This document shows, piece by piece, positions 28,738 to 37,856 of a DNA stretch of 56,838 bases. Both the position numbers and the translations under genes were made by a program. This stretch comes from an uncultured Collinsella sp. Lineage in GTDB: Bacteria > Actinomycetota > Coriobacteriia > Coriobacteriales > Coriobacteriaceae. The stretch covers positions 1 through 56,838 of the forward strand of contig URDE01000001.1 of assembly GCA_900546525.1 (NCBI GenBank), written 5' to 3'. Position 1 is the first letter of the stretch. The number at the start of each line of letters is the position of its first letter. The notes under the pieces are model-generated. The model was not told the DNA's origin. It saw only the letters and a list, made by a program, of their open reading frames with translations, and ran no database searches.

Positions 28738-30297
28738 ATGGAAACGTTGATTCTCGCCCTGCTCGCGACTCCTTTGGTGTTCTCGCTGGTCATGGCGTTT
28801 TTGCCCAAGAACACGTCCTATAACGTGTTTGCCGGTCTCAACCTGGTCTCCGTCGCAGCCGTCCTGGTGCTGTCGATAATGACGGCCGGTGACGTCCTTA
28901 TGAGCGGCGACACCGCGAGCGCTCTTGGCCTGTGGTTCCACCTCGATTCGCTGGGCGCCATCTTTGTGCTGCTCATCGGCTTTATCGGTTTTCTTACGGG
29001 GCTGTTCTCGCTGCCCTATGTAAAGGCCGATATCGAGGAGGGCTCCATGCCCGCCGAGCGCGCCAAGCAGTATTTTGCGCTGTTTAGCCTGTTTGTGTTC
29101 ACCATGCTGCTCGCGTGCCTGTCCAACAACATGATCCTCACGTGGGCCGCCGTGGAGGCAACCACGCTTTCCACCGTGTTCCTCGTGGGTATCTACAAGA
29201 ACAAGACGGCCCTCGAGGCTTCTTGGAAGTATGCGATGGTCTGCACCGCCGGCGTGGCCTTTGGCCTGTTCGGTACGCTGCTGATCTACGCCAACGCCGC
29301 CGACGTGATTCCCAACGCCCACGAGGCCGCATTCCTGTCGTGCGTGCTGCCGTATGCCGACCAGTTCGACCCGACGCTCATGCGCCTCGCCTTTGCGTTT
29401 ATCGTGATCGGCTTTGGCACCAAGGCCGGCCTGTTCCCCATGCACACTTGGCTGCCCGATGCCCACTCCCAGGCCCCGAGCCCTGTCTCGGCCCTGCTCT
29501 CGGGCGTGCTGCTTAAGTGCGCCATGCTCGTGATCATGCGCTTCTACGGCTTTACCATCCAGGCCGTGGGCGCCGAGTATCCGCAGCTTTTGCTGCTGAT
29601 CGTCGGCACGCTGTCCATTTTGGTGGCGGCACTTTCGATGTTTCGCCAGGACGACCTCAAGCGCCGCTTTGCGTACTCGTCTGTGGAGAACGTGGGCGTT
29701 ATCGCCCTGTGCCTGGGTATCGGTGGCCCGCTGGGTATCGCCGCGGCCCTGCTGCACTGCGTGTTCCACGGCTTTACCAAGACGCTTGCCTTCTGCGTGT
29801 CCGGCAACATCCAGCACGCCTTTGGCACGCGTAGCCTGGCTAAGATTCAGGGTGTCGTCGAGGTTGCCCCCGCAACCGCCGCGCTCGCCATCTTGGCACT
29901 GCTCGGTCTTGGTGCCTTCCCGCCCTTTGGCATGTTTATCTCCGAGTTCCTGACTTTTGTCGCCGGTGTTACCGCCGGTCCCATGTGGCTGGTCGTCGTG
30001 GTCGCCCTCGGTCTTACCGTGGCCATCTCCGCGCTCACCCGCATCGCACTCAAGTCGGTATTCGGCCATGCGCCCCAGGCCATGGGCAAGCATGAGGCCC
30101 CGGCGCTCATGCTTATTCCCGAAATCATCCTGGCTGTCATGATCTTGTGGTTTGGCATCGCCACCCCGCTGCCTCTCGTGCACGGTGTGGAGACTGCGAC
30201 CGGCATCGTGCTCGAGCAGAGCACCGAGGAGCTTCACGCGACGCCGATGTACCGCGCTGTGTTCGGTACCGAGACCGCTCAGAGCGAGGTGGAGTAA
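28738..30297 (+). CDS. hyfF: Hydrogenase-4 component F
   Basis: WAAVEATTL, ALEASWKY and GTKAGLFPMHTWLPDAHSQAPSPVSALLSG motifs. Confidence 0.9.
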   Translation: METLILALLATPLVFSLVMAFLPKNTSYNVFAGLNLVSVAAVLVLSIMTAGDVLMSGDTASALGLWFHLDSLGAIFVLLIGFIGFLTGLFSLPYVKADIEEGSMPAERAKQYFALFSLFVFTMLLACLSNNMILTWAAVEATTLSTVFLVGIYKNKTALEASWKYAMVCTAGVAFGLFGTLLIYANAADVIPNAHEAAFLSCVLPYADQFDPTLMRLAFAFIVIGFGTKAGLFPMHTWLPDAHSQAPSPVSALLSGVLLKCAMLVIMRFYGFTIQAVGAEYPQLLLLIVGTLSILVAALSMFRQDDLKRRFAYSSVENVGVIALCLGIGGPLGIAAALLHCVFHGFTKTLAFCVSGNIQHAFGTRSLAKIQGVVEVAPATAALAILALLGLGAFPPFGMFISEFLTFVAGVTAGPMWLVVVVALGLTVAISALTRIALKSVFGHAPQAMGKHEAPALMLIPEIILAVMILWFGIATPLPLVHGVETATGIVLEQSTEELHATPMYRAVFGTETAQSEVE

Positions 30298-30300
30298 CGA

Positions 30301-32073
30301 ATGATTGAAACTGAGAACAAGGTGTATGCCCGTCGCTGCGAGAGCCATGTCGAGGCCCTGCGCCGCGCTGTTCCGGGCTGCATCGAGAAGGTCGAGTGGC
30401 AGTGCGAGGACCAGCTGACGATCACCGTCAAGCAGGACAAGCTGCCCGAGGCCGTCCACTACCTGTACTACGAGCGCTACGGCTGGATTCCCGTGATCAT
30501 CGGCAACGATGAGCGCAGCCTGTGCGGCCGTTACGCCGTGTACTATGTCATCTCCATGGAGGGGGAGGATCCCGGTTGGGTGACCGTGCGCACCGAGGTC
30601 GATCCCGCCAAGATGACGTTCCCGTCCGTGACACCGTTCGTCCCCGCCTGTGTGTGGGGCGAGCGCGAGCTGCGCGACATGTTCGGCTTGATTCCCGAGG
30701 GTCTGCCCGATCGTCGCCGCCTGGTGCTGCCCGATGACTGGCCCAGCGGCCTGTACCCGCTGCGCAAGGACTCCATGGACTACCGCTTCCGTCCCGCTCC
30801 TGCGAACGACATGGAAAACTACGAGTTCTTGGCCGATACCAAGGGCAAGGAGACGACGCTTGTCCCCATGGGCCCGTTGCACATTACCTCCGACGAGCCC
30901 GGCCACTTCCGCCTGTTCGTTGAGGGCGAGACGATCGTCGACGCCGACTACCGTCTGTTCTACGTGCACCGCGGCATGGAGAAGGTCGCCGAGACGCGCC
31001 TGAACTATGACGCCGTGACGTTCCTCGCCGACCGCATCTGCGGCATCTGCGGCTGCGCCCACTCGGTGGCCTATGCCGAGGCCGTCGAGCGCGCCCAGGG
31101 CATCCATGTTCCGCCGCGCGCCCAGTACATCCGCGCCATCATGCTCGAGGTCGAGCGTCTGCACTCGCATCTGCTCAACATTGGCCTGGCGTCGCACTAC
31201 ACGGGTTTCGACTCCGGCTTCCAGCAGTTCTTCCGCGTCCGCGAGAAGTCCATGGACCTGGCCGAGAAGCTCTCCGGTCACCGCAAGACCTACGGTCTCA
31301 ACGTAATCGGCGGCGTGCGTCGCGACATTTTGGCCGAGCAGAAGCTCTCCACGCTCACGACCATCCACCAGCTGCGCTTCGAGGTTCAGGAGCTCGTCGA
31401 CGTCTTGCTCTCCACGCCCAACTTTATTGAGCGTACGAGTGGCATCGGCATTCTGGACCGCAAGATCGCTCGCGACTTCTCGCCGGTCGGCCCGCTCATG
31501 CGTGGCTCGGGCTATGCCCGCGACGTGCGCTTTGACCATCCCTTCGACGGCTACGCCGATCCGGACGTCCAAAAGATGCACGCTGCCACGGCCGACACCT
31601 GCGATGCCTTCGGCCGCACCGCCGTCCGCATCCAGGAGGTCTACGATTCGATCGATATGATCGAGACCATGCTTGAGAACTGCCCGTCGGGCCCCATCCT
31701 CACCACGGATTGGGAGTACACCCCGCACAAGTACGCCATCGGCGCCACCGAGGCGCCGCGCGGCGAGGACGTGCACTGGGCCATGCTCGGCAATAACCAG
31801 AAGTGCTACCGCTGGCGCGCCAAGGCCGCCACGTACAGCAACTGGCCGGTCCTGCGCTACATGTTCCGCGGCAACACCGTGGGCGACGCGGCGCTGATCG
31901 TCGGTTCGCTCGACCCGTGCTACTCCTGCACCGACCGCGTGACGGTGACCGATGTCGCCGCCAAGCGCGACCACGTGCTCGACAAGGAGCAGTTCGAGAA
32001 CGTCTGGCGCGACAAGTCGCCGCTTGCGGGCGAGGGCACCATGGCCGCTCCGCTCGATGAGGAGGCGCTCTAA
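30301..32073 (+). CDS. hyfG: Group 4 [NiFe]-hydrogenase large subunit (HyfG/HycE)
   Basis: RICGICGCAH and DPCYSCTDR Ni-binding motifs, N-terminal NuoC-like domain, cleavable C-terminal tail. Confidence 0.95.
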   Translation: MIETENKVYARRCESHVEALRRAVPGCIEKVEWQCEDQLTITVKQDKLPEAVHYLYYERYGWIPVIIGNDERSLCGRYAVYYVISMEGEDPGWVTVRTEVDPAKMTFPSVTPFVPACVWGERELRDMFGLIPEGLPDRRRLVLPDDWPSGLYPLRKDSMDYRFRPAPANDMENYEFLADTKGKETTLVPMGPLHITSDEPGHFRLFVEGETIVDADYRLFYVHRGMEKVAETRLNYDAVTFLADRICGICGCAHSVAYAEAVERAQGIHVPPRAQYIRAIMLEVERLHSHLLNIGLASHYTGFDSGFQQFFRVREKSMDLAEKLSGHRKTYGLNVIGGVRRDILAEQKLSTLTTIHQLRFEVQELVDVLLSTPNFIERTSGIGILDRKIARDFSPVGPLMRGSGYARDVRFDHPFDGYADPDVQKMHAATADTCDAFGRTAVRIQEVYDSIDMIETMLENCPSGPILTTDWEYTPHKYAIGATEAPRGEDVHWAMLGNNQKCYRWRAKAATYSNWPVLRYMFRGNTVGDAALIVGSLDPCYSCTDRVTVTDVAAKRDHVLDKEQFENVWRDKSPLAGEGTMAAPLDEEAL

Positions 32074-32074
32074 T

Positions 32075-32791
32075 ATGCTGAAGCTTTGGAAGGTTAACGC
32101 CAAGGCCGGCGACGCGACGGTCAAGTACCCGTTTGCGCCGTTCCCCACCAACAAGGACATGCGCGGCAAGCCCGAGCACAATGCCGAGCTCTGCATCGCC
32201 TGCGGAGCCTGCGGCGTGGCTTGCCCGGCCGATGCCATTCGCATGGACACCGACCTTGCGGCCGACACCATCACCTGGTCGATCGACTACGGCCGCTGCA
32301 TCTTTTGCGGCCGCTGCGAGGAAGCCTGCCCCATGGAGGCCATCAAGCTCACCGAGGAGTTTGAGCTGGCCGTCATGAGCAAGGACGACCTCACCAGCAA
32401 GAGCGTCTACACGCTCGAGCACTGCTCGCGCTGCGGCAAGCCGTTTGCCCCGCACAAGGAGATTGACTACGCCAAGCGCCTGCTGCAAAAGGCCGGCGGC
32501 ATGGAGGCCGAGCAGGCCGCCCGTACCGTCGGTATGTGCCAGGAGTGCAAGCGCGAGCTCGACGCCCTGCGCGCCGCCTCGGCCGTAAAGACCGGCAACG
32601 CTGCCGGCATGGCTGCCAACGAGACGCTTGCGTCCGGCGAGCCCCAGGGCCCCGGCATGGAGTATCTGGGCGGCCACGGCGTGAACCCGGAGTATATCGA
32701 CCGCGAGCTCAACCCCGATGCGCCCGAGATTCCCGCCGGACCGGCGCCGGTCGAGGGCATCATCATGGATTTTGATACGAAGGAGGAGTAA
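32075..32791 (+). CDS. hyfH: Formate hydrogenlyase Fe-S subunit (HyfH/HycF)
   Basis: CIACGACGVACP and CIFCGRCEEACP motifs. Confidence 0.9.
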   Translation: MLKLWKVNAKAGDATVKYPFAPFPTNKDMRGKPEHNAELCIACGACGVACPADAIRMDTDLAADTITWSIDYGRCIFCGRCEEACPMEAIKLTEEFELAVMSKDDLTSKSVYTLEHCSRCGKPFAPHKEIDYAKRLLQKAGGMEAEQAARTVGMCQECKRELDALRAASAVKTGNAAGMAANETLASGEPQGPGMEYLGGHGVNPEYIDRELNPDAPEIPAGPAPVEGIIMDFDTKEE

Positions 32792-32793
32792 CC

Positions 32794-33576
32794 ATGGCCG
32801 AACCCACGCTTTTGCCCGAGCGGCTTCAGTACCGCCCGACCAAGATCGAGCTCGACGAGAGCATCGAGAAGGCCAAGGCGACCCTTCTTAAGAAGATCAA
32901 GCGCTCGGTGTACGTCTACCGTGTCGACTGCGGCGGCTGCAACGGCTGCGAGATCGAGATCTTCGGTTCCATCACGCCCGTCTTCGACGTCGAGCGCTTT
33001 GGCATCAAGGTCGTGCCCTCGCCCCGTCACGCCGATGTGCTGCTGTACACCGGTGCCGTGACGCGTGCCATGCGCATGCCGGCCCTGCGCGCCTTTGAGG
33101 CCGCACCCGATCCCAAGATCGTGGTGTCCTATGGCGCGTGCGGCTGCACCGGTGGCATCTTCTACGACAACTACTGCGTCTGGGGCGGCACGGACAAGAT
33201 CTTGCCGGTCGATGTCTATATCCCCGGCTGCCCGCCCAGCCCCGCGCAGACCATCTACGGTTTTGCCATGGCACTTGGCCTGCTGGACCAAAAGCTCCAT
33301 GCCGAGACCACGGTGGAGGCCGCCGGCGAACAGGCCGATATCCTGCACCCCGGCGTGCCGTACAAGCTGCGCGTTGCCATCGAGCGCGAGGCTCGCGCCA
33401 TGAGCGGCTACCGTTACGGCCGCGACCTGGCCAACGAGTTTATGGACACGCTCGAGGGCGCGCCCAAGGGCGATATCCGCGGTGCCATGGCACTGCTCAT
33501 CGATAAGCAGGACGATCCGCGCCGCGTTGAGGTCTACTCGGCGCTGCAGGATCTGGTGCTGGCCGGAGGTCGCTAG
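32794..33576 (+). CDS. hyfI: Hydrogenase small subunit (HyfI/HycG)
   Basis: DCGGCNGCEIE, SPRHAD, GACGCTGG and IPGCPP motifs. Confidence 0.93.
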   Translation: MAEPTLLPERLQYRPTKIELDESIEKAKATLLKKIKRSVYVYRVDCGGCNGCEIEIFGSITPVFDVERFGIKVVPSPRHADVLLYTGAVTRAMRMPALRAFEAAPDPKIVVSYGACGCTGGIFYDNYCVWGGTDKILPVDVYIPGCPPSPAQTIYGFAMALGLLDQKLHAETTVEAAGEQADILHPGVPYKLRVAIEREARAMSGYRYGRDLANEFMDTLEGAPKGDIRGAMALLIDKQDDPRRVEVYSALQDLVLAGGR

Positions 33577-34158
33577 ATGGAGCTCACGGACCGCTCTGGT
33601 TACTTTGCGGGTCCCGGTATGCTCGGCGGCTCCTTTGGCGATGCCTCGCGCGCAAGCGACGAGGCCGCCGAGGGCGTCGCCGACCCCTGCCTGGGCCATG
33701 CGCCCGACCAGGTGGTCTTCTACGAGCTCACGCGTAAGTTTGTGGAGACCGAGGAAGACGTTCCCCAGGAGGCCTGCGACGTGCTGTACTACACGCTCGC
33801 CGTGGGCCACCACACCGGCGTGCTCGACTGCTTTGAGCCGCGCCTGTCGGTGCCGGTGGATGTGTTTTATTCGCTCGTCGATGCGCTGCCGGAGGGGGAG
33901 GCCAAGACCAAGTTCGAGGCCATCCGCTCCTTTGGCGAGTGCCAGCTCGACAAGGCGGCGGTGCCGTCGCTGCTCGAGGCCTGCGATGCGCTGCTCGACG
34001 AACGCGGTTTTCGTGGGTCGGCCAAGGCTGGCATCTCGGTGTTCGACGACGACTTTGGCCTGCATGCCCAGCAGGTCGCGTTTCTGATGAAGTTCCGCGA
34101 TCTGGTTGAGCGCGTGCGCGATGTGTCGGGCGTGTACCTGACGGGAAGGTTGCAGTAA
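33577..34158 (+). CDS. hyfJ: Formate hydrogenlyase maturation protein (HyfJ/HycH)
   Basis: VVFYELTRKFV and YYTLAVGHHTGVLDC motifs. Confidence 0.85.
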   Translation: MELTDRSGYFAGPGMLGGSFGDASRASDEAAEGVADPCLGHAPDQVVFYELTRKFVETEEDVPQEACDVLYYTLAVGHHTGVLDCFEPRLSVPVDVFYSLVDALPEGEAKTKFEAIRSFGECQLDKAAVPSLLEACDALLDERGFRGSAKAGISVFDDDFGLHAQQVAFLMKFRDLVERVRDVSGVYLTGRLQ

Positions 34159-34661
34159 TGGGTCGCGTTGTGGATGGACGTGTGAACGGCGCCCCGTTTG
34201 CGGGTATCGTACTCACGGCGGGAAGCGTGCTGCGTGCCGACGATGCCGCCGGCCCCGTGCTCTCCAAAAAGATGGAGGATGCGCCCATTGCCGGTTGGTA
34301 CACCATCGACGGTGGCCAAACGCCCGAGGACGACATCATCGAGGTTAAGCGCGAGCGTCCGCCTCGCCTGGTCTTGGTCGATGCCGCCGACATGGCGCTG
34401 CCCGTCGGGTCTATCCGCCTGCTCGATAAGCGCGATGTGGCCCGCAAGTCGATGTTCACCACGCATTCGCTCCCTTTGTCGATTCTGATCGAGGAAATCG
34501 AGCAATCGTGCGAAGATATCGTCTTCATAGGGATTCAGCCGGGCGATACGGAGTTTTACAACCCTATGTCCCCGGAGGTCTTTGACGCCGTCGACGCCGT
34601 GTACGACGCCGTGGCCGCCAACGACTTTTCCCACTTTGTCCGCTTGGGACAAGAGCAATAG
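34158..34661 (+). CDS. hycI: Hydrogenase maturation endopeptidase
   Basis: GSVLRADDAAGP, DGGQTPE, VDAADM, TTHSLPL and GIQP motifs. Confidence 0.9.
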   Translation: MGRVVDGRVNGAPFAGIVLTAGSVLRADDAAGPVLSKKMEDAPIAGWYTIDGGQTPEDDIIEVKRERPPRLVLVDAADMALPVGSIRLLDKRDVARKSMFTTHSLPLSILIEEIEQSCEDIVFIGIQPGDTEFYNPMSPEVFDAVDAVYDAVAANDFSHFVRLGQEQ

Positions 34662-34700
34662 GAGCGCTTGTCCCTGCTGATTAGGAAAGAAGTGATTGAC

Positions 34701-35540
34701 ATGGCAGATTCCAAGGCGGAGTACCCCGCTCCCGATTGCCTTGCGCCCGCCGCGATCGAGGCCAAGACCGAGGCCGCCGGCGTGACCAAGGCTAACCTGC
34801 CGGTCGCAAAGGCCTTTGTTTTGGCGATGTTCGCCGGCGCGTTCATTGCCTTCGGCGGCCTGTTCTTTACCGTGTTCTTGAGCGATAGCACGCTGGGCTG
34901 GGGCGCCCAGCGCGTCGTGGGCGGCCTGTGCTTTTGCCTGGGCCTGGTGCTCGTGCTGGTGTGCGGCGCCGAGCTGTTTACTGGCAATTCGCTTATGGTC
35001 TGCGCACTCAAGAGCAAAAAGATCACCCTGGTCCAGATGCTCAAGGCTTGGGTCGTCGTATGGACCGGTAACTTTGTCGGTGCCCTGTTCATCGTCTTTT
35101 TGGTGTACATGGCCGGCATTTACAAGCTCAACGGCGAGGCGGTCGCCAATTCCATGGTGAGCGTCGCCGCCGGCAAGGTGACGATCGACTGGGTGACGAT
35201 CTTCTTTCGCGGCATCCTGTGCAACATCTTTGTGTGCCTGGCCGTGTGGATCGGTACCGCCGGCAAGACCGTGGTCGATAAGGTTGTGGGCATTCTGCTG
35301 CCCATCGCCGCCTTTGTGGCCTGCGGTTTTGAGCACTGCGTCGCCAACATGTACTTTTTGCCCATGGGTGCCGTGATGCATGCATGCGGCTACGGTGCCA
35401 AGGTCGCCGGCGCCGATGCGCTCAACGCCGCGGGCATTGCGTTTAACCTGTCCGCCGCCACGCTTGGCAACATCGTGGGCGGCGCGGTTCTGGTCGCGCT
35501 CGGCTACTGGTTTATCTACGCCAAGAAGTCCGAGGCGTAA
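34701..35540 (+). CDS. focA: Formate/nitrite transporter (FocA/FdhC family)
   Basis: GAELFTGN, GILCNIFVCLAVW, GFEHCVANM and TLGNIVGG motifs. Confidence 0.92.
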   Translation: MADSKAEYPAPDCLAPAAIEAKTEAAGVTKANLPVAKAFVLAMFAGAFIAFGGLFFTVFLSDSTLGWGAQRVVGGLCFCLGLVLVLVCGAELFTGNSLMVCALKSKKITLVQMLKAWVVVWTGNFVGALFIVFLVYMAGIYKLNGEAVANSMVSVAAGKVTIDWVTIFFRGILCNIFVCLAVWIGTAGKTVVDKVVGILLPIAAFVACGFEHCVANMYFLPMGAVMHACGYGAKVAGADALNAAGIAFNLSAATLGNIVGGAVLVALGYWFIYAKKSEA

Positions 35541-35562
35541 GATACCGTCTGTTTGACGTTGG

Positions 35563-35599
35563 GCCTCCCGCGGGGCGTTGCCGTGCGGGAGGCTTTTTT
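35563..35599 (+). terminator. Rho-independent terminator of the FHL operon
   Basis: GCCTCCCGC/GCGGGAGGC stem followed by T6. Confidence 0.8.
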
Positions 35600-35662
35600 G
35601 GCCTGGGGCTCGTTCCCGGGCTGTTGGCCTGTTGTGTTTGGCTTGTGAAAGGGGTAATCGAG

Positions 35663-37780
35663 ATGGCATCTGCTGTGAAGCGTGACGGTCGCGCCGTGGT
35701 GACCACATGCGGGGGATGCTATGCCGATTGCGCCTTTGCGGCACGCGTTGAGGGCGGTCGCGTGGTGGCTGAGTTGCCGGTGCCGGGGCATCCGTGCGCG
35801 GCGCGTGCCCTGTGCGCCCGCGGACGGCATCGCCTGGCAATGCCGTTTGACGAGCACGACCGCATCGTGCACCCCATGCGTCGCCGCCAGGATGGCTTGG
35901 GGTTCGATGCGATTTCCTGGGACGAGGCGTTTGCCCAGATTGCCGAGCGTCTTTTGGGGATTGTTGGCGAGCGCGGGCCCCGTGCACTGGGCATGACGCT
36001 CGGTGTGCCCTCGTTCGACCGCTACTGGGCGTATCGCTTTATGCATGCGCTGGGCTCGCCCAACGTGTACGGTGCCGACGGTGCCTGCGAGGTAAGCCGA
36101 CTTACCGGTTGGGAGCACAGCCTGGGCTACAGTCCCGCCTCCGACCTGGCACATACCGATTGCATCATGTATTTGGGGCGTTCCATTGTCGATTCGTCGA
36201 CGATGGGGGCTGTTGATGCGCTCAACGATGCCCGTCGCCGTGGGGCGAAGATCATCGTGGTCGACCCCCGGCGCAGCAGCTCGGCTGCGCTTGCCGATCG
36301 CTGGCTCCGCGTGCGCCCGGGCTGCGACCTGGCCTTGCTGCTGGGCATTGCGCATGTCTTGATTGCCGAGGACCTGTACGACCACGAGTTCGTTGCCCGC
36401 TATACCATGGGTTTTGATGAGCTGGCGCAGGCTGCTGCTGCTTGGACGCCCGAGTGGGCCGAGTCGATGTGCGACGTGCCGGCGGACGACATCCGCGCGA
36501 CTGCGCGCGATCTCGCTGACGCCGCGCCTGCCGCTGTGGTGGATGCGGGTTTTCATGGTGGCATCGGCATCGCGTATGCCAATAGCACCCAGACCGCACG
36601 CGCTATCTGCTTGGTCGATGTGCTGCTGGGCTGTATTGGACATGCGGGTGGCGCGCTCAATCCGCCCACACCGCTTTCACTGGGCGACCTCGATCCCACT
36701 CGCTTTGCGACGCCGCCGGTGCCGCGCGAGCCCAAGCTGGGGTCCGAGCGCTATCCACTGGTCGATCCGGTGCGCGGGCTGTGCACGACCATCGGTCAGT
36801 CGATTCTTGCCGGCGATTTGCGTGGGCTCATCGTCTATGCCAGTAACCCCGGTGCGGGCTATGGCAATGCACAGGCTTGGTTGGGTATTTTGCAGCAGCT
36901 CGACTTGCTTGTGACGATTGATATTCGCTGGTCCGAGACGGCGCGTGCTTCTGATTTCGTGCTGCCCGACGTGACGTATCTGGAGGCCGACCGCGGCGTG
37001 GGTACGGTCGTGGGCCGCAACGACGCTCGCGTGTTTTACCGCAATGCCGTGCTGCCCGTGCAGCATGACGACACGCGTCCCGGTCGGGAGATTTTTGCCG
37101 GTCTGGCGCAGGCCTGTGGCGTGGGCGAGTACTTCCGGTTTACGTCTGACGATTTGGCGGCTGCCCAGGTGGCGCCGTTTGGGATCGATCTGGACGAGCT
37201 TAAGGAGCGCGGCTGGGCCGACGCGGGCGTGGCGCTGCCGACGCGCACGGGTGAGCCGGCGATTCCCTTGGATGGCGGCAAAATTGCGCTGGCAAGTGAC
37301 GTATGGGAGCGTGCCGGCCTGGGTCGTGTACCCGACTGGATCGCTCCCATGGTGGAGCCTGGCCCGGGGATGTTTCGCCTCATTAGCGGCAACCGTCCCT
37401 TTGAGTCGCACACCTCGCGAAGGCTTGCAGCCCAAGGTGCCGCCGAGGCTGGGTCGGACCTGGACGCCGTGCAGATGAATGCCGATGCCGCTGCGCGCAT
37501 GGGTATCGCCAATGGCGAGGTCGTCGAGCTGGTAAGCGACATGGGCTGCGACCGCGTACGCGTGGAGACGACGCCGTATCTGCATCCGGCGTGCATCTTC
37601 ACCTCGGCCGCCCCCGGCGGACGTTCGTTTGGCGCCGATGCCGGCAGCGCTCAAGCCTTGGGCGTCGGCCCGCTCGACCATACACCGTTGCGTTGGGACC
37701 CGTTGACGGGCGCCGCGCTCACTCAGGAAAACGCCGTTCGCGTGGAAAAGATCGCGGCGCGCGAGGATAATAGCGATTGA
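35663..37780 (+). CDS. Mo-bisPGD (DMSO reductase family) oxidoreductase catalytic subunit, PsrA/PhsA-like, no Tat signal
   Basis: CGGCYADC...LCARG Fe-S motif, ISWDEA, GADGACEVS (Cys ligand), VVDPRRS, RPGCDLALLLG and SETARASDFVLP motifs. Confidence 0.85.
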   Translation: MASAVKRDGRAVVTTCGGCYADCAFAARVEGGRVVAELPVPGHPCAARALCARGRHRLAMPFDEHDRIVHPMRRRQDGLGFDAISWDEAFAQIAERLLGIVGERGPRALGMTLGVPSFDRYWAYRFMHALGSPNVYGADGACEVSRLTGWEHSLGYSPASDLAHTDCIMYLGRSIVDSSTMGAVDALNDARRRGAKIIVVDPRRSSSAALADRWLRVRPGCDLALLLGIAHVLIAEDLYDHEFVARYTMGFDELAQAAAAWTPEWAESMCDVPADDIRATARDLADAAPAAVVDAGFHGGIGIAYANSTQTARAICLVDVLLGCIGHAGGALNPPTPLSLGDLDPTRFATPPVPREPKLGSERYPLVDPVRGLCTTIGQSILAGDLRGLIVYASNPGAGYGNAQAWLGILQQLDLLVTIDIRWSETARASDFVLPDVTYLEADRGVGTVVGRNDARVFYRNAVLPVQHDDTRPGREIFAGLAQACGVGEYFRFTSDDLAAAQVAPFGIDLDELKERGWADAGVALPTRTGEPAIPLDGGKIALASDVWERAGLGRVPDWIAPMVEPGPGMFRLISGNRPFESHTSRRLAAQGAAEAGSDLDAVQMNADAAARMGIANGEVVELVSDMGCDRVRVETTPYLHPACIFTSAAPGGRSFGADAGSAQALGVGPLDHTPLRWDPLTGAALTQENAVRVEKIAAREDNSD

Positions 37781-37856
37781 TTGACTCAGCCGATCGAATT
37801 GGCTGATAGTTTGACGTTCGAACGATTGATTCACCTTTGGTTTTGAAAGGCCGCAC

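Noticed and set aside
28033..32274. Very long minus-strand ORFs (also 8956-10761, 23586-25934, 33867-35987, 42699-44336, 52102-54258)
   Set aside because: Antisense shadows of well-supported plus-strand genes in high-GC DNA; no recognisable motifs
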